A program made the translations under genes and the position numbers. Below, one piece after another: positions 1-11,805 of a DNA stretch of 64,000 nucleotides. The DNA comes from Setoptus koraiensis (Eukaryota; Animalia; Arthropoda): assembly GCA_048013815.1 (NCBI GenBank), contig CM106586.1:10912001-10976000 (forward strand), in the 5' to 3' direction. The stretch's first letter is position 1. Every line of letters starts with the position of its first letter. Below the pieces are notes generated by a model. It saw nothing but the letters and a program-made list of their open reading frames with translations. It was not told where the DNA came from and did no database searches.

Positions 1-565
1 CGCCAGAGGCGTTGTGTTAGCGGACTTTTTCGCACATTTCAACCGCACAGAGCCACCAATGCACTCCATTCAAGTGAAATCTTCAAACACATCAATGTAG
101 ATCACAGGTTATTAGCGCCAGGTTGTTCCTTGAGCGCAACTTTGCATGCAGCCACTCTAAAGGTCACCGTGACCGTTATAGTGTATGACCTTACGTCGGC
201 TGATCATATGATTATCGTCCACGTCCACTCTTGTCTCGACCATCGGAATCAAGATTTTGTTTCACGCGACAATAAAAATGCTCACTCATATATTCCGGTT
301 CATGGAAAATACAATGCGTTCTGTTTTATGTTGATCGTTTTATTATTAAATCGTTGGGAGGATATCTCCAAAAGAACTTTTATTCTCTGTTATTAAAAGG
401 ATGATTTGAGTCGGAGGAAACCTTCAAGTGGGACATGAGTTGCTAGTTCTATTTCGTAATGAACTTCATAAGCGACTCTACATATGACACTGCAACTCGT
501 GAATGCCGAACTTTACTAGTTCATTATAAATATGATACGCGGGATATGTCAATCTAGGGTTCAAA

Positions 566-3500
566 TCAAGCCTCGTAGCGGCCAAGATCAACGGCGAAAA
601 TCCTACTGATGGTACAATCACCCGGATCAGGTGCCACACCGATCAAAGCATCTCCATGTCCATAAAATTCTTCTTTGAGAGAGATGACGATGCACTGAAA
701 CGAGTCTTCAGTTCGCTGTCTGATAAATCTTGCTACTTTGCTTATGTTCGTATTATCTAACGCTGCGTCTATTTCGTCCAAAACGAAGAAGGGAGCGGGC
801 TTAAAAGAGTGAATGGCAAATAAAAGCGCAAGTGCCGCAACAGTTTTTTCACCACCACTAAGATTACTCATCGGTTGAAATCTTTTTCCTGGCGCTACGC
901 AGTTATAGTTTATACCCTCTAAATAGGGTTCCTCGGGATTTTCTGGAACAAGGAATGCTTGGGCACTTGGGTTATTTGTTAACTGCTTGTAGATAGAGTC
1001 CACTCGTTGCGACACGGTATCAAAACATTCAGTGAAAGAATTCAATCTTCTTTGCTTGACGGCCTCAAATGCTTCCTTTGCTTGTTTCGATGCCAGTCTG
1101 AGACTATTGAGTTCAGAATCGGTTTCCCTCAATCTCTCCTTAGCACTATCCAACCTGTATATGTAAAAATATTGAGAACGGTTAGCATATTTCAATCATG
1201 ATGAGTTAGTTAATTTGCCTCCAAACTAGAATTCTCATTACTTGCCTTTCATCGGCCCTCATATTTGGTGCCTGGATTTTTCTGAAAGCATCTCTTTTCT
1301 TGGATATCTCTGCCTGCATCTCTGTTTCTTTCTTTTTCAATTCGTGGGGCTCATCTAAGTTCTTAAGATGATCTGATAAGAGATCAAAGTTGGGTTTGAT
1401 ACTTGAATCACTTTGATACGCCCTTTGAGTGGAAGGCATTTCATCATCGTCGTCATCATCATCGTCACGAGTATCATTATGATTAGAAGATCCATGAGTT
1501 ATGTTATCGAGACTTCCTTCATTGAGGGGTAAATTAATACTTTCCATCTTGCAATGAATGAAAATTGCATGTCTATCCGCTCTTTTACTTTCCATTTGGC
1601 ATTCTAATGTCATGACACTCTTTTGTGTTGTTGAGATTTCTTTTTGAATAGTTGACAAACCTCTTTTTTTCTCCGAAATTTGTTCCTCTACTCGATCACA
1701 ATCTGTTTTTTGAGAAATTTTGTCGTTTTTTAGCTGTTCAACTTTGGTCATCTCATCTTCTATGGCACGCATTTCTCGCCTCTCCGCTTCTTTAGCCTGC
1801 TCCAGATTCTTTTGCTCTAGATCTACTGTTTTCTCCCATCGCTGTACATTGTCTTCGGTGTCTTTACTTCTTTCATAGAGCAACCTACTTTGGATACTAT
1901 TTTTCTCGCTTTCATACTGAAGGAGCCGATTTTCTCTCTCCTGGCTGGCCTTTGACTGCCGTTCCTCATACTGTCGTATATTGTCGACGCCGAGTTGTAT
2001 ACAGAAGTCTTTGAAAATATCATCCTCTACTCCATTCATGGCAGTTCTGATCTTGTTGATTTCTACATCTCTACTGTCCATCCTCATCTTAATTTCTTCA
2101 ATCACAGGTTTATATATTTGGGCGTTTGCTTCTAAATGTTCGATCTCTTTGTTGAGCTCTTCGTTTCGCTTCTCCGTCTGCTGAAGATCGGATTTACTGT
2201 AACGAAGTCGTGATTCAAACCCAGATATTTGACTCGTAATGACCATCAAGTCCCCTTCTTTCCTTGTCTTCTTTACATTTTCCTTGAGGTCTTCGGCTAA
2301 CTTTTCTTTTTTGTGTTTCATCGAATGTATCTCTTTTTCATCCCATCTTCTTGCTCTACGTTCCAATTCAAGACTACCTCCAGATATGAAACCACATTTC
2401 TGATAAAAAGTTCCGTCTAGTGATACAGCGTCGTACCGTTGCCCGTCACCAAGTTCGAATGCTACTTTATTCGCATCATTTGCTGTTTCACAAACTAGGG
2501 CGTTATTCGTCGCAAATAGTACAGCCTGCCTAACATCTTGTGGCTCAAATTTGATTACATCAAATATCAGCTTGACATTATGAGGAGATTGAATATTGCG
2601 TAACCTTTCTTTTATGGGCTTAGAATGTATATAATCGAGAGGTAGAAAGGTTTCCGGTTCAAGCATTTGATCTTTAAGGTACTGAATACAGGATCTACCT
2701 GTTTTCTCGGTATCCACAACAATGGCTTCCATACTTTTACCCATAATCTTCGTGATTGCAATATTGTAACGCTTATGGATCGGTTTGCATAGATTTAAAA
2801 GTCTGTCGTAGACACCAGGATATATCTTCTTCAAGTGTTCAACTATCTCGGACTTCTTCCTTCGTCTCTCCTCTTCATGACGATCAACTTTCGCATCTCC
2901 AAGATTAGAATTTATGCCATTCAATTCCTCAGTCAATCGATCGACTTCAGTTTTGGCTATTTTGACAGTTTCGGCAACTTCACGTTCTCGCCTCTTGAAG
3001 TCTTTGAGGTTGTGCTCGCTTTCGGCAATTTGATCTTTGAGCTTTTCTATTCTCTTGAAATTTTCGTCGCGCTCGTTTTTAGCCACGCGTATTTTGTGTT
3101 CAATCTCTTTTTGTTTGTTGATTTCATTTTCGTGTCGATCGAAATCCGCCTTATGCTCCCTTTCTAGAGAATCAAGATCTTTCAAGTACTTCGCAGACAT
3201 TGTGGCAGCTTGTTTTTTTAATCTATTGTATTCGGCCTTCTGTTCTTCTTGTAATTCAACGTCAACTCTTGCAGCTTTTTCTTCGTTTTCAACTTCAATC
3301 AGAAATTTCTTTTTTTCCTCGGTAACTCGCTCTAGATCTTGCTCAAGCTCTTTGATGGCATCTTGGTGGTTTGCGTGAGCTTTGAGAGCATTTGCCAAAG
3401 ATTTTTTGGCAGTTTCTAACTTTTTTTCAATATGAGATGCGTTCTCTTTTGCTTTTATGTATGATGGACGTTTCTTATTGAGGTTCAATTCGACATCCCT

Positions 3501-4358
3501 GATGTTTTTGTCGATATTACCAAGAATTTTGGATAGGCGGGCGTGTTCGCTTTTTTTGGCCTTAATGTCATCATCAATGGCTGTTTTCTTTTTGACATAG
3601 GACTCCAGCTCTCTCCGCCTACGTGACATGTCCTTTTCTTGCTCTTTGATTTCTTTATCTATGTGATAAAGTTTGAAAAGTTGTAATTCTATCTGGCATT
3701 TGTTGTACTCGTTTCTGGTGTTTTGATATTTTTTGGCTTCATTGATTTCGCCTTGAGCCTCTTTTTTCTCCGCTGTGATACCCTTCTTTTTGACAAACAA
3801 ATGATGGAGTTCTTCCTCTGATCTATCCATGAGGACCTTCTTGTTGACATACTCGTCTTTGAATTCGTTGGAATGTGATATCTCCTCGAAGAGTGATGTT
3901 ATTTCGCGCGGATTTTTCATGGCGATAGATTCAACGGCCCCCTGATAAACAAGAAAATTTTTTGCTTTAACATTGACGCCTAATTTCTCTAAACGGGCTG
4001 CATAGTCTTGCTTGTTTACGGGCGTTTCATCAATTCTATAATCGGAGGACGAGCCGGTAACGTAACGAGAGAATCGTGTCAACAAATTGCTGTCCGAGTC
4101 TTCGTAAACTAGTGTCACCGAGGCACTGTTACTGACAGGCTGTCCAATGGAGGCACCATGAATAAGTTCGTTTAGGCGTTTCACTCTCAGATTTGCTGTC
4201 TTTTCACCCAAGACGAAACTTATAGCGTCCATGAAATTTGACTTGCCACTACCATTAGGCCCGATAACGGCAGTGAATGATCTTAACGGTCCTATCACTT
4301 GCCTACCGCAATAGGATTTGAAGTTTTCCAATTCGATGAACTTTAGATAACCCGGCAT
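566..4358 (-). CDS. SMC1: Cohesin subunit SMC1; 2 exons (4358-1246, 1154-566), 1233 aa
   Basis: N-terminal Walker [10 protein letters not shown], long coiled coils, hinge ([19 protein letters not shown]), C-terminal signature LSGGEKT and Walker [13 protein letters not shown]. The two ORFs join in frame through a 91-nt intron. Confidence 0.97.
1155..1245 (-). other. Non-canonical GC-AG intron of SMC1 (91 nt, phase 2)
   Basis: Minus strand GAA AG|GCAAGT...ATACAG|G TTG GAT gives DER-LDSAK. The nearby GT donor (CAA|GTAATG, phase 0) would splice into GTT GGA TAG, a stop. Confidence 0.85.
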
Positions 4359-4880
4359 GTTGATTGTGTCCTGATATCCTCGGTAGTTGTCTAAAAATAT
4401 CTAAAAAATATCGTAGAATTTTATATAGTAATAATCTGTTTGGAATCCTAGTGGCTATTTCGATGATATAACATCATTGTCAACTGTTGGTATACCTAAT
4501 CTACAGATAATCTCATACTATGTTTTTATGATACAACACTCATAAGCGACGTTACAAGATGATTGTCAAATGAATATTAATGATAATAAAAATAGTAATA
4601 ATAATAATAAGCGCGTCTTCAATATCTATCGTCGGTGGTACTGGAAAAATATTGCATGTTGCAGTGTGTGTGTTACATTACCACATACACGCCATTGCGA
4701 ACGGCGAACGGTCAGTTGGGATCTGCGCCCGCCTGTGCGTCTGTTCTTCACTCACTCTCCCTCGCTTTTTGCCTTTCTGTTCCACACAGAGCTTTCAGTG
4801 TAATTTTGCAATGTTTATGCCGCACTCTAGATTGAGAAATTTCATTAGTGTCAGTTTTGAGCGCATGCTCACTGTAAAAT

Positions 4881-4890
4881 GGGCGCGAAA
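4881..4890 (-). promoter_or_regulatory. Candidate E2F site upstream of SMC1
   Basis: GGGCGCGAAA (reverse complement TTTCGCGCCC) matches TTTSSCGC, in a local GC-rich patch ~520 nt upstream of the SMC1 ATG. Motif match only. Confidence 0.3.
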
Positions 4891-4984
4891 ACATAATGTC
4901 AATCTTTTTTTATTATTTATTACATAATAGCATTGTGAAAATAATAACAAATAATAATGTGCTTGCATTACTGGTTGGCATATG

Positions 4985-6505
4985 TCACTCATTCTTTGAT
5001 TTGCTGTCTCTAATTACTATTCCAAGTGAATCTAGCTCGTCTCTGGTTTTGTCACACTCCTGCAAAATTGATTTTGCCAGCGTAGCACTGTCAGAATCCT
5101 TTAAGCTTGTGAGAGATAAATCTCGTATTCTATTTCTAAATGTTGATAACGAGCTCACTACAGCAGAGGTTTTCAAAGTTTCCTGTCCATCACTGTGCAT
5201 CCCATAATCTAGTCCACAAGATTCAAACCAAGTGGACAGCAATTTTTGAGCGGATTTCAACTCCTGAACACTAAGTGGCCGACTTTCTGACACAGAGTAG
5301 AAAGATTTACTTAGGTCTAGTATTGCTTTGAGCCCATCTCCTAATTTGAAACCATCACAAATGCCACTTACTATCTCTTGCGAAGCAGAATGCACGGCTG
5401 GTACCAATTCTGTGGAGCAAACAGCTTTTTCAGCCTGTTTCTCATATTGTTTGAGGGAAGACCTAAGGAATTCGGAGAACGCATTGAGCTTGTGGTCGAG
5501 TTTCCTCAGATTTGTGACAAGTTCTTCATCATAATGTAAGTCGGTACTATAATGGTTGACTATGCACAAAAGACGCAATGAATTAACCGACGACCTTCCG
5601 ACAAAGTCTTTTATGCTTATGACATTTCCTAATGACTTGCTCATTTTCTTATCTGAAATGACAAGGTGGCCAGAATGCAACCAATGGTTGCACCATTTAT
5701 GGATAGGTTGACTGACATCGAGTTTATGATAGGCACAACAACAGGCTGTTTCATTGTAATGGTGAGGAAATATAAGATCTTTTCCACCGAAGTGAAAGTC
5801 CAAACTTTCACCAAATATCGAACTAGCTAATGCTGAGCATTGTACATGCCAGCCAGGTCTCCCAAGCATCGTTTCTCCATTTGAGTTCACATAGCTCCAA
5901 ACAGGTTCATTTGGCTTTGATTTTTTCCATATAACGAAATCTCTGGGGTCATTCTTCCCTGTTGGAGTTGCAGTTATGGTTTGACTTCCTATGTAGTTAT
6001 CAAGAGATGCAACGTCGAAATTTATGTCGCCATTGATGGACCTGTACGCGTGTCTGGTGGATTCTAAAGTGCGTATATAATCTGTAATCACATTCATATT
6101 GTCGGTTATTCTCAAGAAAAGATCGGCTGGTTGTACTCTTATAAGATCAAGATCTTGTAGAAATTGAGCATAGAATTTGTCACTTAGTTTCTTGAAGTGT
6201 ATTCTTTGACTATTTGCTCTCTCAATAATTTTATCATCCACATCAGTGATGTTCATCACTGTTATCAAGTCCAAATTTAAATAATTGGCCATAAACCTTC
6301 TGAAAAGATCAGCTCTTATATACGTCAAGGCGTGACCAACATGACAATTATCATACACGGTGGGTCCACAAATATAAAGACTCCCCTGTAATCTTTCATG
6401 ATGATGAGGTGTCTGCACTGGTATCCCTGCGATTGACACTGGGTGTAATAATTTTGTGTAAGTGTTGTAGAGATGCAAAATTCTTCTTGATACCATGGTG
6501 AGCAA
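4985..6505 (-). CDS. CARS2: Cysteinyl-tRNA synthetase, probably mitochondrial; intronless, 506 aa
   Basis: CGPTVYD..HVGH (HIGH motif), GRPGWHVQCS, DLIFPHH, KMSKS, and C-terminal RDELDSLGIVIRD. The basic, acid-free N-terminus resembles a transit peptide. Confidence 0.92.
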   Translation of the reverse strand: MLTMVSRRILHLYNTYTKLLHPVSIAGIPVQTPHHHERLQGSLYICGPTVYDNCHVGHALTYIRADLFRRFMANYLNLDLITVMNITDVDDKIIERANSQRIHFKKLSDKFYAQFLQDLDLIRVQPADLFLRITDNMNVITDYIRTLESTRHAYRSINGDINFDVASLDNYIGSQTITATPTGKNDPRDFVIWKKSKPNEPVWSYVNSNGETMLGRPGWHVQCSALASSIFGESLDFHFGGKDLIFPHHYNETACCCAYHKLDVSQPIHKWCNHWLHSGHLVISDKKMSKSLGNVISIKDFVGRSSVNSLRLLCIVNHYSTDLHYDEELVTNLRKLDHKLNAFSEFLRSSLKQYEKQAEKAVCSTELVPAVHSASQEIVSGICDGFKLGDGLKAILDLSKSFYSVSESRPLSVQELKSAQKLLSTWFESCGLDYGMHSDGQETLKTSAVVSSLSTFRNRIRDLSLTSLKDSDSATLAKSILQECDKTRDELDSLGIVIRDSKSKNE

Positions 6506-6887
6506 TCTTCAGAGGGGCATTTTATAGTTAATTCATGATTGGCTTAACGTAGATACATACAATAAAACGATAACCGACAGTGCCTCAAAAAAGTTATCCA
6601 TGTGACTGCACGCAACTTGAACGTGTGTTTCGCAAAGATCAACATGGAATCCTAAACACAACCATGTGATCAACGAACACGAGTGTTCCTCAGCGATTGC
6701 GTTGATGAGCGCATAAGATTTCGTCTTTTGTGAAACATATGATTTTGTGATTTACGTGTTGAAGGCATATTTTCAAAAACTGAAAGTTTCAGTATTTGAA
6801 AATATTTTAGTCTGAAACTATATTAAATCCACTATGTTTTTTCAGATATTTATGCTTTCGATTATTTGACTATCAAACTTCACCAGT

Positions 6888-8498
6888 ATGGCCCTACCCA
6901 TGGTACTAAATAGATCAAGATATCTTACGAGAATGTCTGGTCATTTGATGCTGGGCCCTCAACCCAATGGTCAGCTCAGATTTCATCCGTCACTTGTGCA
7001 GAGTGCTATACGTTGTGGCAGTAACTTAACCGATCAAGATCAGTTGCAGGCACTGGACAAATCTCTACTATGTCAGATAATAAATGAACCAGACATTGTT
7101 AGAAATCCCCATGTGAGCCTTATTGATAATCAAGAGATCATGGATAGAAGAACTCGACTGATGCAACAACTTCTCAATGAACATGATAGTAACAAGTACA
7201 TTTTGATTATACCCTCGGCGCCTCAAACATTGATGGCCGGTACGCAAATACCAAACTATAATCTGAAGCAGTCATCAGACTTTATATATCTAAGTGGCTT
7301 AAACTTGATCAATTCATTTGATTCCGTTCTAATATTGATTGGGGGCAGAGAGGAGCCAACCAAAAGTGTTCTATTCACTTCATTTCATGACACGCGCAAA
7401 AATCTTTGGTTAGGTCCAGATTTGGTAAATCAATTGCGAAGGCCAATCAATGGATTATTCGACGAAGTAGAATCTCGGGAAGAACTAGATGATTTTTTGC
7501 ACCGCTACACCAATTTAGGTTACAGCAAAGGGGCTACTAAGCTTTTCCTCCAATCACGCAACAAGCAACAAACTGTTGTGCAAAGTCATCTTGCAAAATA
7601 TTTGCACCCATCGGATAATATATGTGATATAACTGCTCAACTAGATAGAATGAAATTCATTAAGTCAAAATCTGAACTTGATGCAATGCGAAGAGCAGCT
7701 TACATTGGTTCCAAGTCGATGCACGATACTATCAGATGGGCCCAAAACTATCATGAACGCGGCTCCAATCTCAATGAATGCCAACTAGTCGGACGATATG
7801 AGTTTGAAACTAGATCGAGAGGTTCGACAAAACTTTCTTTTTGGCCTGTTTGCGCTTCAAGAGACAAAGCTACAATAATTCATTATGGCACAAATGATCA
7901 AAATATTCTCCAAGATGACTGGGTTCTGATGGACGCTGGCTGCGAAGATTTTGATGGTTATATTTCAGACATTACTCGAACTTTTCCAATATCATCGACA
8001 GAATCGAATGATACCAAACGAAAAAACTTGAGGTATGAATTGTTTGAAAGCCTCAACGATATACACGGTAGACTGATAAAATTTGCGTCTGATAATCGTC
8101 CCTGTTTAGATGAATTACATCGCCGTATGCTTGGAATGATTTCTGAGCTTCTCTTTGAATTCAAGCCATTTGTGAACCAAGGTCACCTAACTGTTACGGA
8201 TTGTCTTACACTAGCCAGCAAGTACTGCCCTCATCATGTCTCCCACTACCTCGGCTTGGACCTACACGATACTCCAACCATACCAAGATCTGCAGATTTG
8301 GCCAAGGGCGTGTGTTTCACAATAGAACCTGGACTATATTTCTCTAGCTCTGATGAAACCATAAAGAAAGAATTTAGAGGTATTGGCTATAGAATAGAAG
8401 ACGATTGTGCAATAAATGAACTCGATCAACTGGAGGTGATGACAAAATATATTGACCGTGATATGGCTCCCAATAAAACCGATTTACCTTCGGAATAA
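6888..8498 (+). CDS. XPNPEP3: Xaa-Pro aminopeptidase 3 (Icp55-like, M24B); intronless, 536 aa
   Basis: Metal-ligand motifs DAGCE, SDITRT, HHVSHYLGLDLHD, TIEPGLY and RIEDD are all intact. N-terminus resembles a mitochondrial presequence. Confidence 0.9.
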   Translation: MALPMVLNRSRYLTRMSGHLMLGPQPNGQLRFHPSLVQSAIRCGSNLTDQDQLQALDKSLLCQIINEPDIVRNPHVSLIDNQEIMDRRTRLMQQLLNEHDSNKYILIIPSAPQTLMAGTQIPNYNLKQSSDFIYLSGLNLINSFDSVLILIGGREEPTKSVLFTSFHDTRKNLWLGPDLVNQLRRPINGLFDEVESREELDDFLHRYTNLGYSKGATKLFLQSRNKQQTVVQSHLAKYLHPSDNICDITAQLDRMKFIKSKSELDAMRRAAYIGSKSMHDTIRWAQNYHERGSNLNECQLVGRYEFETRSRGSTKLSFWPVCASRDKATIIHYGTNDQNILQDDWVLMDAGCEDFDGYISDITRTFPISSTESNDTKRKNLRYELFESLNDIHGRLIKFASDNRPCLDELHRRMLGMISELLFEFKPFVNQGHLTVTDCLTLASKYCPHHVSHYLGLDLHDTPTIPRSADLAKGVCFTIEPGLYFSSSDETIKKEFRGIGYRIEDDCAINELDQLEVMTKYIDRDMAPNKTDLPSE

Positions 8499-8676
8499 GT
8501 CAAATAAAATTTGTCTTTTGTTTCTTGGCATTACTCACTTGAACACATTTCGGAATCACTGTAACAATTGGCATCCGCTTATTTCGTGCTGTTGGTCAAT
8601 ATTATTATAACAATATATTCTATTGATAGCTGATGATAATTTGTATGTACATTGTGGAGCCGCATCAGATCGTTGA

Positions 8677-9579
8677 TCATTTAGCTGGCCAGTTGAACGT
8701 ATCAATCTGCTTCTGAAGTTTGTCCTTTTGTTCTTTGGGAATATTGTCAGCGAATGTATTTAGGAGCTCTTGCACTCTCTTTTTGGTTAACTTGGGCAGT
8801 TCCTTGTTTAAGACCTCAACAAACGTTGGGGCACTCTTAACATGATACTGATATGGGGTCTTGCAATTGCCCCCGAGAAAATCCGGACAATTCTCTGGTT
8901 CTATATATTCGAAAATCTTGTCTGACGATATAAACATAACAACATCACGTCGTTCCTGTGGGATCAAGCGCTTGATCAAACTCCAAACAGTGGACAAAAT
9001 CCATGGAAAATTGATTGCCAGCACATAGTCTAAATTGACTGGAAAATAGTCTTTTAACAGCGCTAAAAAGTGAGTAAGAAGCTCCAAATCATAGTTTGAC
9101 CATGAGGTGTTTGTTAGATCCATCACTACGGAGAAGGGCGTTCCATCTTGACTGTCGTCTACCTTGAACATTAGATAAGACAAAAAATCCTTAGTGAACG
9201 CTTTTAATTCGCTACAATTTTTGCACATTGAAGCTCATAAATACAGTGTACGGTTCCCATATCTGTCTGCCTCATAAAGAAACACAGCACCACATAGTGG
9301 AAGTTCTTGGGGAAAATCTTCTGGTTGTAATTCGTGCAAACGTTTCTCTTTGCGCCATTTCAGTACGTTTGTCATCATCTCAACTGATTGCTTGACTTGT
9401 TTGCGTTGCATGATGACAAAACGTTGACACAGGAAGTCCAAATTTTCAACAAGTCTGATATCTTCAGGATGGAATTCATCGGGTGATTGCTTATAAACAT
9501 TCTCTAGGAACATATCACGAACTTGTTGCACTACGACACCCTTGGGCTCGCGCAGTTTTGGAATCTTATTTCGCGGCAT
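8677..9579 (-). pseudogene. CRAL-TRIO (Sec14/MOSPD2-like) lipid-binding gene interrupted by one in-frame TGA (9235-9237); ~300 aa if read through
   Basis: ORFs 9579-9235 and 9228-8677 share a frame (RTLYL*ASMCK). CRAL-TRIO hallmarks: LKWRKE, VVMDLTN, YFPVNLDYVLAINFPW, PDFLGG. No MSP domain and no plausible intron. Confidence 0.75.
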
Positions 9580-10922
9580 TGTTGTTGTACTAATGTAGTT
9601 TGTCTCTGCTACTACTCTTGTTGAATTTGTTGGTTTAACGATTCTAATTTGATCACGTATCTTGATGTTTCTTCGATGTCTTATTATGAATTTGATTAAG
9701 TATCCTCTAGTTTCTTCTTCTTCTTCTACTGCAGCTGCTCACTTAACTTGGCAGCCAACTTGCAACAATAACAATAGTTTGGCTGATATAGCTACGTATC
9801 TAGGCTTGTACTACGTGGCTGCCAGACCATCCAAGATAAGCTAGATGGACCAATCGAGAGACAAGAAGAAAAATTCACCAAAGGGCTGGTCAATCTGCGT
9901 ATACATGAGGTAGAAATCAAAATAAGGAAGTAGTAGGTATGAAAGTAATAAAGATAATGATGATTCTAAAAAGAAAGAAGGAGAAGCAGATTAACGCAAT
10001 GGACCATGGCACTGCTGTTGTTGTTATTACCGAAGAATACAATACCGAAGACAATCAGCAGCGGTACCTGAGATAGCTAATGACAGAATGCATGCAAATC
10101 GGTCAATTTGAATCGGATATCCTGGGAGATACCACATAGCGAATTAGACGTTGAATGATAGACAAGAAAGGCGTCTCCATCTATAGTAACAACACTGTAT
10201 ATACTTCTGTTAATATCCGAAAAACTTTCAGATACAACTAAATCACAAACTGCGTCTGAATTAGTCTGCGCAGCATTAATTAGTTATCTTCCCCTAAACA
10301 TGGCTTCTATGTCAATAGTTAGCTTCACGTTATATTTGGCTTCAATCGGATTGTATGTCGTATAAATTGGCTGTTCGTGATATCCAATCATTGTTGATTA
10401 TCAATGCAAGCTGTCGGTTGTGTTACAAATCAGACACATATGCACAATGAGCACCAGTAGTGTCGAAATTACTATTCCTCATATGTACATGGATTTAATT
10501 TATTTTCCCCAGCTGTACACTTGCTATCATTACTATATATCTTCTCATCAAGTTCTAATCAAACTATTTACGCAGCACTCTATTTTTATCGTGGCGTTTA
10601 TAACTTATCATTAACTGTGATAGTTTGATTGATGGGTAATTCCGTTAAAGGTATTCGATATCATGGAAGCAATAATTATTTTTTAATTTCAGAGGGTTAG
10701 TTATTTATAGTTGGGCCATCCAGGGACGATCAATCTCTCAATGCTAGGCAAAACAGTTGAGAGGCCAGCCGATTAGTATGAATTGATTTATTTCATTGGG
10801 TGAGATTTTTAATCGAACGATGGCGCAATGTTGGGCGTACAACAAAGGCTTTCAACTGGCGCTATTATCTAACAATTGAGTAAGTCTGTATATATAAACT
10901 GTTTGCGCAACAGTCATTGAAA

Positions 10923-11282
10923 TCAATATATCTTGCTAGCCTTATAATTACTACAAGTACTGTTAAGACGAGATGATAATTTATTGAATTGTGTTACATT
11001 CCATCTGAGTGGATCGGACAACAAGAAAGAACATTCTATAATTATAAATATAAAGTTTATCCATTTATCGAAGAGAGCCTTTTCGCATTTCAGCTCTTCT
11101 TGGCATGATTCAACCTGAGCTTTGAGCATTTCCTCAATTTTTCTCTGTTGCTCCAGTTCAGCTTTCATGGCGGCGAGCTTATTTTGCAGTTGGACAGACA
11201 TCAAGTTTTCGTCGGCCTCCGTTTTGTGGAATGACTTAATTATGTTAGAGACATATTTTTGCTCTATCAGGCATAGATTCAT
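10923..11282 (-). other. Orphan coiled-coil-like ORF, possibly an exon fragment
   Basis: Heptad-like stretch LQNKLAAMKAELEQQRKIEEMLKAQVESCQEELKCE. No family recognised. Confidence 0.2.
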
Positions 11283-11312
11283 AAGTTGAGCGTCGATTGT
11301 TTGTTGTTTCTT

Positions 11313-11375
11313 TTTTTGGCGATGATTCCGATTGATTTTTGGCGATGATTCCGATTGATATTTGACGATGATTGA
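11313..11375. repeat. Tandem 23-bp repeat (2 perfect copies + partial)
   Basis: TTTTTGGCGATGATTCCGATTGA at 11313 and 11336, with a degenerate third copy from 11359. Confidence 0.85.
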
Positions 11376-11805
11376 AACTGAGTCAAACTAAATTAATTAA
11401 CTAAATTAATCAGGAGAAACTGATTGAAAACGAATTTAACTCTCGACTTGATGGTTCGATCTGTGTGCGGAGTTTGGCGCGAGCAAGCACTCGACAATGT
11501 GAAATTCACATTGTGAAGCTCAACAGTTCGCCAGCGCATCGAACTGTTGCAAGTTGCTAGCATAGTCTGGCCACTGGCACTGGCGCCCAGTGGACGCACG
11601 CGCATTGCAACCCGTCCACGGTGGACGAGTGAAAACAAAAATGGCGTCACAACTTGTGACTCACAAGCGCTTTGTTAGGCACAAATCTAATACGCCCACC
11701 AGAACATCGGTGGCAAAGTTCGACGAGTGACGACATGTTTCATTTCTCATTTTGTTCGCAGTTCACTCCGCGCGTGCGCCGTCTTCACCTAGACTCCAAA
11801 ATCTA

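Noticed and set aside
1-396. Frame +1 open from the window start to 396
   Set aside because: No recognisable motif. It may be chance or the tail of an upstream gene and cannot be judged from the window.
8500-9237. Selenocysteine reading of the CRAL-TRIO UGA
   Set aside because: The homologous position is Arg, not Cys, and I saw no AUGA/AA/GA SECIS geometry in the short 3' region.
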